From an uncultured Desulfobacteraceae bacterium (GTDB taxonomy: Bacteria; Desulfobacterota; DSM-4660; Desulfatiglandales; B25-G16), in NCBI GenBank assembly GCA_964549945.1, contig CAZJXD010000001.1, forward strand, positions 84,346-148,345: a stretch of DNA of 64,000 nt. The letters run 5' to 3'. The position numbers were made by a program, and so were the translations under genes. Of the stretch, positions 1 to 6,418 are shown in pieces. The notes beneath the pieces are model-generated. The model did not search any database and had not been told where the DNA came from. It was given only the letters and a program-made list of their open reading frames with translations. Position 1 is the stretch's first letter; the number at the start of each line of letters is the position of its first letter.

Positions 1-1582
1 AATAGATCGTTTTGGTTATTTGGCCCTTTATAAAATATTTTCCTGCCAGGGCGAGATTTGCAAAGGCGGAAAATGGCCTGTTCATCCGAGAAGATTTCTC
101 CCAATATTCTATGGCTTCTTCTTTCAGCCCTTTTGAATCAAGGATGATAGCATGGGTGTTGTAGTATGCGGTCATATCATTAGTGCCCCGAACAGGAAGG
201 AATTCCACGATAAAGAAAGCGATGGCTATTGATGAATAGATGGCGGTATTTTTGAACTGCTTGTTTTTGATAAAGAAAGCCAGGTAATTGATCCCAATGA
301 CAGCAAAGGGTATTAGGATCACCAACAGCGGCAACCGGTATCGGGTAGTAGTGAAGAAGATTATAAGGGTCGAGGCATAAAGCAGAAAGGTTGAGCAAAG
401 GGAAAGCAATTTTTCAGATTTAAGGCAGCTTACCGCCATTCCGGCCATGCCAAAGGGAAGAATCAACCATAGCCTCAAGAATGGAAATTTAAAAAAGCCT
501 ACAAAGTTGCTTATAAAGCCTATATGGTAATGGTCTCCCGCTTCGAACTGGTTGAAAAAGACCAAGGTCTTCTGAACTAGTTTCCAAATGAATGCAGCAG
601 GTTGTTCTAAGGCCATTTTAAAAACTTCACGGCCCCAGTAAGATGAGGCCTCCTGGGGGGATAATTTTTTATGCGTTCTCCTGCTTGCCTCTATCGTAAA
701 CTGTACCCCCTGCTCGAAAGGCGATGATGAGGCAAATGGAACGGGCCGGTAGTATGGATCGGGGTTTTGGAGGTTATTCCCAATAAAGAGGTTGAATCCG
801 GTTTGGGAGGTAGTCAGGGCGAAGTTGCCGGAAACCCTGTAATTCCTGACTGCAAAGGGGAATATGGATATGGATAGGCCAACGATAAATAGTATGAGTG
901 CTGCAAAGAAAGACTTCTTGTAATCTCTCTCTCTGGGTATGCTTAAGAGAGTAATGAGCAGCATGAGGGGAGTGATAACCACAAAGTTCGGCCGGACATT
1001 GAGCATAAAACCAGCGGCTAAACCGAGGATAAATAATTTAATCATCGAGTATTTATTGAGGACTGCTATGAAAAGATAGATAACCAGGGCAAATAAAAAA
1101 ACGGACAAAGAGGTCTTAAGGGGAACGATACTGTAAAAGATGAAAGGTTTATAAAGCGCGGCAATGAGGCAGGCAAAGAGGCCGGTCGTGCGATTGGCCA
1201 TCTCCTTTCCGATAAGATATGCGAGATAACAGGCAAAGGCTCCGAGGATGATATTCAGGAATCTGATATAGAGGATATCAGGCGAGAATATTTTATATAT
1301 GAGGGCCATAAGATATGCTGGAAGAGGGGCGAATTCGTAGATTGATGTTGATTGATAGGTTCTATCAGCTATTTTTGTAGCCCATGCATGGTAAACTCTT
1401 TCATCCCATAGGAGGAAGTCAAAATAGATACTGTTTTTAAGAGAAAATAGGGCAAAGGCCCTAAGGAGTAATGCGAGAGTAAGGATCCCGGATACCAATA
1501 AGAGAGAATATCTCTCAGGTAAGGATCCAAGTCTTTCGGAAAAATTATGCTTTTCAGGAGCCTGTTTCCCTGTTTTGGCCAT
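1..1582 (-). CDS. GT-C fold glycosyltransferase, ArnT/PMT-like (GT39/GT83 type), with TPR-like tail; partial, C-terminus lies beyond the left window edge
   Basis: This ORF is missing from the ORF track because it is open at the window edge. I checked every codon in the frame ending at 1582. There is no stop from position 2 to the ATG at 1580-1582 (527 codons), and an in-frame TAA lies just upstream at 1589-1591. The N-terminus is MAKTGKQAPEKHNFSERLGSLPERYSLLLVSGILTLALLLRAFALFSLKNSIYFDFLLWDERVYHAWA. A first TM helix is followed by a D-E-x-x-Y loop as in ArnT/PMT-type enzymes, then many hydrophobic segments. The tail ...EEAIEYWEKSSRMNRPFSAFANLALAGKYFIKGQ looks TPR-like. Confidence 0.75.
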   Translation of the reverse strand, partial: MAKTGKQAPEKHNFSERLGSLPERYSLLLVSGILTLALLLRAFALFSLKNSIYFDFLLWDERVYHAWATKIADRTYQSTSIYEFAPLPAYLMALIYKIFSPDILYIRFLNIILGAFACYLAYLIGKEMANRTTGLFACLIAALYKPFIFYSIVPLKTSLSVFLFALVIYLFIAVLNKYSMIKLFILGLAAGFMLNVRPNFVVITPLMLLITLLSIPRERDYKKSFFAALILFIVGLSISIFPFAVRNYRVSGNFALTTSQTGFNLFIGNNLQNPDPYYRPVPFASSSPFEQGVQFTIEASRRTHKKLSPQEASSYWGREVFKMALEQPAAFIWKLVQKTLVFFNQFEAGDHYHIGFISNFVGFFKFPFLRLWLILPFGMAGMAVSCLKSEKLLSLCSTFLLYASTLIIFFTTTRYRLPLLVILIPFAVIGINYLAFFIKNKQFKNTAIYSSIAIAFFIVEFLPVRGTNDMTAYYNTHAIILDSKGLKEEAIEYWEKSSRMNRPFSAFANLALAGKYFIKGQITKTIY

Positions 1583-1639
1583 TACTACTTAAAAAAAAGG
1601 ATAATCGATTATGTATCTAACTCGGTAGCCTTATAATGA

Positions 1640-1908
1640 GGGATATGGATGTCTTTTTTTGCACCGAGCTAGGCATTCGCTATGAGCCTGCTTGTTCCCG
1701 ATGATCCAGGCGGGCGTCCGTCCCCTATAGAGACATCCATATACGGAGAACTGGGATGTCCCTGAGGAGCAGATCGCCCGCCTCTATCTTTACCCTGTGG
1801 AATCCCTCGAAGGGGGTTCCGCCTCACGGCGGAAATTCCACAGGATGAACCTCTCGCGGGCACAACAGCATGGAACTCTTCGGTTGCAAAAAAAGACATC
1901 CATATCCC
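1640..1908. repeat. 269-bp element closed by a perfect 24-bp terminal inverted repeat (MITE-like element or structured RNA)
   Basis: The left arm 1640-1663 gggatatggatgtctttttttgca is the exact reverse complement of the right arm 1885-1908 tgcaaaaaaagacatccatatccc. Pairing extends about 5 bp inward with one bulge. The interior has nested stems: 1732-1738/1754-1760, and 1794-1803/1835-1844 closing two small hairpins. The ORF 1669..1917 inside it is Arg/Gly/Pro-rich and not credible. Confidence 0.6.
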
Positions 1909-2013
1909 TTGTGGCAATCTAGTTATGGAGTTAAAGCCATAATCAATAAAGGATATCTCAACTTAACCCAAAGGGCGAGGATTCCATCGATCCATATGAT
2001 CTTTCCCCCTCTT

Positions 2014-2249
2014 TTAATCATCCAGGATAGCCATTCCTTTACCCTGATTTGAATTGCGCCTCACAATCTTGAAGCCATGTTTGTCCTTGCAGTTACTAAG
2101 GATTCGCGGAGCGCTGTCAGTGGAGCTGTCATCCACGATGATAATTTCTTTATCGAAGGAATTTCTGTGACCTTTCTAATGATAGTAAGTAAGGTTTGTA
2201 CCTCGTTATAGGAAGGGCTGATAACCGAAATCTTCGAGGCCAACGGCAT
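2014..2249 (-). pseudogene. Family 2 glycosyltransferase fragment (frameshifted, catalytic C-terminal half missing)
   Basis: ORF 2061..2249 begins MPLASKISVISPSYNEVQTLLTIIRKV, a typical GT2 N-terminus. Near 2155-2175 the frame must slip by one nt to continue FDKEIIIVDDSSTDSAPRILSNCKDKHGFKIVRRNSNQGKGMAILDD, which stops at 2014-2016. Nothing resembling the rest of a GT2 domain follows before the 1640-1908 element. Confidence 0.6.
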
Positions 2250-2474
2250 TCGTTTAATTGTTATTGATTGGATATGGGGTGCGATTCATAAACATTAGGT
2301 ACCGTATCCCATTTTTCATGAATTACCAACTTTTATTTTTGGACACTATGTGCCATTCGGGAGGTTTATGCATTAAGGAAGAATGGGTTGGCCAATGACC
2401 GGCCAAAATATGAGAAATAGATAAAACGAAGGATCAAGAGATGCCTAAAAAAGAGGCACAAGGTTCAATTTCAT

Positions 2475-3515
2475 CTACTCTGTGCCCCTGATGATTGTAT
2501 CTAATGGATGGCTTATGGCCTCAGCTACGATAGCCCTAAAATGGATATCGTAAAAGTCACTGAACCACTCCAGCCCTGGTTCCTGTAAAATCACTGGAAG
2601 GGTGGTGTTAGGCGAAGAAGTGTCAGGAGCAAGGGCGATGTCAGTGATCTCTGTGTCGGTATCAGCGGCAGGGGCCTCGTGTGTGGCGACTGGCTCAAGG
2701 CTGGCCACTACCTCTGGCGAGTCCATCAGGGAAAGCAGGCCTTCTGATTGTAACAGTTCTGGGGCCTCTGGCCTTTGTGCAGATGCGGGGTTACCTTGGA
2801 AACCCGAGCCTGTCTCAGGAAGAGTTCCCTCAGCTATCATGGCCAGCTCATCTTTCTCCTCTGCCTTTCTCTCGTGCTTCTCGAGTGGCTCGGTATCCCC
2901 TAGGTGTTTCTGGATCTCCAAATTGCTGAATGATCGTATTGCGGGCGGCTGATCCGCGCTCAGCACACGCATTGCCTGGCCCGCCTCGATTTCCCTTATC
3001 TCGAGGGGCCTGTTTTGACTATACCCGTATCCCAGGCCTTCCTTGAACACCAAACCGGTTACCCCGCCCTGATAGTAGACAAAAAAGTCGGTTCCCCTCA
3101 CACCGGCAACAGCGGTTGGGGTATGGACCTCGTAGCGATTTCGCGAGGAGAATGACGACATCCTGAGGAACTTGCTTACTACGCTGTGGATCTTGCCCCT
3201 GAAGAGGCGAATTATCACTCTCCTACTACTTTTTCCTATCACGTATTCTGAAATCTCGACATTGCTCTTCTGGGCGAGCTGCATGATGGTGGCATCCGTG
3301 AAGGTAATCTCGGCCTTAGATCTGCTCTTGGTGTGGATAATATCGCCGACGTGTACCTCGTAACCGAGGCATGCAGGTCTTGTAATCTGCCCGGGTGAAA
3401 TGATGTCAACCTTCCCCTCAACGTAGGTGATCCTCCCAACCTGATCAGCCCGCGCCGGGGCAGGGAGGAGAATCAGCAGGACCAAAAAACCCATGAATGA
3501 TGCCATGATCTTCAT
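2475..3515 (-). CDS. Secreted FecR-domain protein with acidic/Pro-rich low-complexity C-terminal tail
   Basis: The ORF is 346 aa. It has a signal peptide MKIMASFMGFLVLLILLPAPARA. The stretch EVHTPTAVAGVRGTDFFVYY is the characteristic FecR-domain core. The last ~150 aa are compositionally biased (E, P, A, T). Confidence 0.8.
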   Translation of the reverse strand: MKIMASFMGFLVLLILLPAPARADQVGRITYVEGKVDIISPGQITRPACLGYEVHVGDIIHTKSRSKAEITFTDATIMQLAQKSNVEISEYVIGKSSRRVIIRLFRGKIHSVVSKFLRMSSFSSRNRYEVHTPTAVAGVRGTDFFVYYQGGVTGLVFKEGLGYGYSQNRPLEIREIEAGQAMRVLSADQPPAIRSFSNLEIQKHLGDTEPLEKHERKAEEKDELAMIAEGTLPETGSGFQGNPASAQRPEAPELLQSEGLLSLMDSPEVVASLEPVATHEAPAADTDTEITDIALAPDTSSPNTTLPVILQEPGLEWFSDFYDIHFRAIVAEAISHPLDTIIRGTE

Positions 3516-3606
3516 TTTGATCCCTCCTCGTTATGGTTTGCGGTCCGTTTAGAATGAAAGGTTGTTCCTTTCCCCTCTTGAAAAGTTCGACATGATGATT
3601 ACCCGC

Positions 3607-3936
3607 CTATTCCGGGTTCCATGGGTGAATCTGGTAATCCTTATCGAAACAGACAGCCATTCCTTCCGGTTCAGATCGCAGCACTTTCCCGGTTACTTTA
3701 ATCAGGGCATGTTTCCATTCATCTTTCAGGGCCTTAAGCTTATCGAGCGGGAGAACTAAATCTATTTTGACCGGCGTACTCTCAGGGAGGGGTTTTGTGG
3801 TGTGGAAGTATGCGCCTCCTGCACAAACGTTTTCTGTCAGGAGTCGGATGAGTTCTTTCTCTCGCTTCTTGAACAGAGGTTCGATTTTTGCTGGAATGTG
3901 GAGATCGAATCTTTCTAGCTTTCTTCTCTCTTTCAT
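3607..3936 (-). CDS. PilZ domain protein (putative c-di-GMP receptor)
   Basis: The ORF is 109 aa. It has an N-terminal RRKLER (RxxxR) and a downstream ENVCAGG, which is D/NxSxxG-like with Ser replaced by Cys. Spacing and size match single-domain PilZ proteins. Confidence 0.65.
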   Translation of the reverse strand: MKERRKLERFDLHIPAKIEPLFKKREKELIRLLTENVCAGGAYFHTTKPLPESTPVKIDLVLPLDKLKALKDEWKHALIKVTGKVLRSEPEGMAVCFDKDYQIHPWNPE

Positions 3937-3970
3937 GAGATGGAATAGTATTGGGAGATCGAGCTGATTT

Positions 3971-4003
3971 ACAATACGTAGATAGTATGATTTTCCTACG
4001 TAT
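3971..4003 (-). promoter_or_regulatory. Conserved 33-bp box, copy A (35 nt upstream of the PilZ ATG)
   Basis: The box acaatacgtagatagtatgattttcctacgtat matches 12084-12115 at 30 positions with one 1-nt gap. It contains an 8-bp inverted repeat, ATACGTAG (3974-3981) / CTACGTAT (3996-4003). Confidence 0.45.
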
Positions 4004-4067
4004 ATTTAGAATGGAATTATCCAAAAAAGTATTAGTAATGTTTCATCAGGGAGGCTTTTATAGGAGG

Positions 4068-4748
4068 CTATAAATTCTTGACAGCCCATAAGGATGCCTG
4101 GAGGCGGTTGGGCACATTGATCTTTTTAAAGATATTATAGATATGGGTCCTAACCGTGTTAGCGCTGATAAAGAGCTCATCGGCAATCTGCTCGTTTGTA
4201 GCCCCGGCAGCTGCCATGGACAGTATCTCTGTTTCCCGTGGTGTGAGTATACGAGCTTCTTTCTTCATAACGATATCCTTATCTTTGATGGCCAGGATGG
4301 TTTTTGACAGTATTCGCCTGGAAGCCCACAGTTGTCCATTAAAGATAACAGTAATGCCCTTGGGGAAAATGTGAAGGGGGTCATGCTCGTAAAAGAATCC
4401 TCGTACGCCTTTTTTTAATGTTTTTTCCTCTATTCCATGTCTGTGACTTATATTGAATAAGGCAATGTAGTGCTCCTTTAAAATGGTTTTTGCATTCGAT
4501 TCAAGCTCGGATAGATAGTTCTCAAGTTTTTTTTCCAGACAATCAAGGAGGATCAAGGCGGGTTTGGATATTTTCCTTTTATCTCCGAGAGGAATACGGC
4601 GTGCATTTTTCCTGGCCGTACATGTTGCCCCGGTCTCCTGGTGTAAGAAAAATGCCATGAGCTCATTTTGTAAGCTCCTGGGACCAATGATATAGATTAG
4701 CCTATCAGGTAACTGCTTTCGGTCTTTAGGAGAATCGTTCGTGCTCAT
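4068..4748 (-). CDS. LuxR-family transcriptional regulator, CsgD/VpsT-like (receiver-like N-domain + LuxR HTH)
   Basis: The ORF is 226 aa. The C-terminal LTPRETEILSMAAAGATNEQIADELFISANTVRTHIYNIFKKINVPNR is a LuxR/FixJ-type HTH. The N-terminal ~140 aa are receiver-like. NGQLWASRR lies at aa 138-146, just before the linker. Confidence 0.8.
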   Translation of the reverse strand: MSTNDSPKDRKQLPDRLIYIIGPRSLQNELMAFFLHQETGATCTARKNARRIPLGDKRKISKPALILLDCLEKKLENYLSELESNAKTILKEHYIALFNISHRHGIEEKTLKKGVRGFFYEHDPLHIFPKGITVIFNGQLWASRRILSKTILAIKDKDIVMKKEARILTPRETEILSMAAAGATNEQIADELFISANTVRTHIYNIFKKINVPNRLQASLWAVKNL

Positions 4749-4785
4749 ACCCGTATTGTAGGAATAAAAAAACTAAGAGTGCCGA

Positions 4786-4953
4786 TTAGAATTTGAGCTC
4801 AACATCGAGGACATAGATAACTCTCTTATACTCATAGATGGGCAGATTGGAGTTGCTCTTTATTCTGCTCACCTGAGCCATAAATGACAGATTTTTTGAT
4901 TGTTCCCAGATAAGCCCTGAAGAGCCTGTGAAGGTATCATCCTCTCGGTCCAT
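4786..4953 (-). pseudogene. C-terminal remnant of a TPR/beta-barrel outer-membrane protein (paralog of 12152..13726)
   Basis: My translation of this 55-codon frame is below the track cutoff: MDREDDTFTGSSGLIWEQSKNLSFMAQVSRIKSNSNLPIYEYKRVIYVLDVELKF*. It has an alternating beta-strand pattern and a terminal aromatic residue. It is comparable to the C-terminus of the 524-aa protein (...FSYSYTHSDSNVSSNGIDPYKFKKNVYGLMIMALF). It lies in a different frame from the TPR ORF that ends at 4937. Confidence 0.55.
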
Positions 4954-5407
4954 GTTCAATCGCCTCCAGATTCTTTCCTTCTTTTTTGAGGGCCAAGCCT
5001 TTTAAAAAAGCTATCCTCGCGGGGTTGATCTTCTGCCTCTCGGCCAGCCCTATCCACCATTTTGCCTCTTGGAGGCTTCCCTGCTGGATCAGGATATCCG
5101 CAAGTTCAACCACCGCATCCTTGATGCGAGGGGTGAGTGTTATCGCATCCTTGAGATTTGCGATTGCCTCGGGGTAATCTATAACCTGTTTATAGGCCAG
5201 GCCTAGAAAGAAGGCAGCTACGGAGGATGTTGGATCCTCCTCGCGCGCCCTTTTCAGTAACTCGATGGCTTCCTCGAAGTTCTCCTGCATGTATTGGGGA
5301 ATTCCCTGCTCGAGATAGTTGGATGTCTGACAGAGGGCATGCTCTTGGGAAAGAAGCGCAATATCGAATGTAAAAAAACAGCCTAGTAAAACTGCAACTC
5401 TATCCAT
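4937..5407 (-). CDS. Exported TPR-repeat protein; likely the surviving N-terminal part of a decayed TPR/beta-barrel OMP gene
   Basis: The ORF is 156 aa. NYLEQGIPQYMQENFEEAIELLKRAREEDPTSSVAAFFLGLAYKQVIDYPEAIANLKDAI aligns by eye with NHFVDGVEAYESGSYQEAINSLKKAIELEPGNLEFQYYLGLTYSAMGKYEEALEVFGKIV of 12152..13726. It ends prematurely where the paralog continues for ~370 more residues. Confidence 0.6.
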   Translation of the reverse strand: MDRVAVLLGCFFTFDIALLSQEHALCQTSNYLEQGIPQYMQENFEEAIELLKRAREEDPTSSVAAFFLGLAYKQVIDYPEAIANLKDAITLTPRIKDAVVELADILIQQGSLQEAKWWIGLAERQKINPARIAFLKGLALKKEGKNLEAIEHGPRG

Positions 5408-5659
5408 GGGACTGCTCTAATATTACGAATAAAATTCATTATTTTATTACATAAATTGGAACATTAATCAATACAATATTTTGTAACCGCTTAAATAATT
5501 TACGTATTAAGATATTGAGAATTTTACAACTGGCTATAAAGAAAAAGAGCTTTTCTCTAATGCGCTTGTGATTATGTTCATATTGACATGAGACGATGGT
5601 TGTTGTTGAATAGTGCGGCACCGCTCTCTCGAGTGCAGTGAAGAGGTTCGGTAAGCTCC

Positions 5660-6418
5660 ATGGACATGATTAACCCCGCGACCCCCCATATCTCGAAACC
5701 ATTTTCAGTGTTCATCCCTGTCTATAATGAACAAGATATTCTTATCCCGAACACCGAGAGGTTGATCTCCCATCTTGACCGATATGGGGTTAACTATGAG
5801 ATCATTATAGGAAGCAATGGCTCAAATGACCGCACCCCTGATCTAGGACAGATGCTGTCCGATGAGCATACCCGGATAAGGTTCTTCCATATCAAAGAAA
5901 AGGGAGTGGGAGATGCCTTTAAGCAGGGGATTCGGATGGCACGGTATGATGCGGTGGTGTCCCTGGACATGGATCTTTCCATCAACCTGGGCTTTATAGG
6001 TGAGGCCCTTGAATTTCTGGATGCCCATCATGACATAGTCATAGGCTCCAAGAAGGTGGGAGATGAAAGACGGTCGGTCTTCAGGAGGCTTGGAAGCGAT
6101 CTCTTTATCCTGGCAGCCAGGGTCTTACTCGGCCTTCCCTTCGAGGACTACTCCATTGGCGCCAAGGCGTATAAGAGGGATTTGGTGCTCGAATATGGCC
6201 ACAGGATTGACAAGGGGACCTCTTATGTGCTCAACATAGTGTACCTTGCATTCAGGAATAAAAGGAAGGTTATCGAGATACCTGTGAGGTGCGAGGATTA
6301 CAGGGAGAGCAGGTTCAACATCATCTACGAGGGTCTCTACCGCTTCTATCACCTCTTCAGGCTCTGGTATGTGGAAAGGATTGCTTCTAGCCCTTCTTCA
6401 CCCTTACCAGTGCAGTGA
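5660..6418 (+). CDS. Family 2 glycosyltransferase (soluble, DPM1/GtrB-like)
   Basis: The ORF is 252 aa. It has FSVFIPVYNEQDIL near the N-terminus and VVSLDMDLS (DxD-like), with no TM segments. The 3' end overlaps the convergent giant gene by 32 bp. Confidence 0.8.
   Translation: MDMINPATPHISKPFSVFIPVYNEQDILIPNTERLISHLDRYGVNYEIIIGSNGSNDRTPDLGQMLSDEHTRIRFFHIKEKGVGDAFKQGIRMARYDAVVSLDMDLSINLGFIGEALEFLDAHHDIVIGSKKVGDERRSVFRRLGSDLFILAARVLLGLPFEDYSIGAKAYKRDLVLEYGHRIDKGTSYVLNIVYLAFRNKRKVIEIPVRCEDYRESRFNIIYEGLYRFYHLFRLWYVERIASSPSSPLPVQ

Noticed and set aside
1640-1908. Retron msr/msd or IscB/TnpB omega-RNA interpretation of the structured element
   Set aside because: Flanking inverted repeats and nested stems are reminiscent of these RNAs. 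However, there is no reverse transcriptase, TnpB/IscB or any other associated ORF on either side; the neighbours are glycosyltransferase genes.
1669-1917. 82-aa ORF inside the inverted-repeat element
   Set aside because: The peptide is Arg/Gly/Pro/Ser-rich. It starts inside one arm of the inverted repeat, spans all the internal stems and has no RBS. The DNA is better explained as a structured or mobile element.
5660-6418. 32-bp convergent overlap between the GT2 gene and the giant gene as a possible regulatory antisense arrangement
   Set aside because: The overlap involves only the unconserved C-terminal extension of the GT2 ORF (…SSPSSPLPVQ). This is most simply run-on to the first available stop, and there is no evidence for function.
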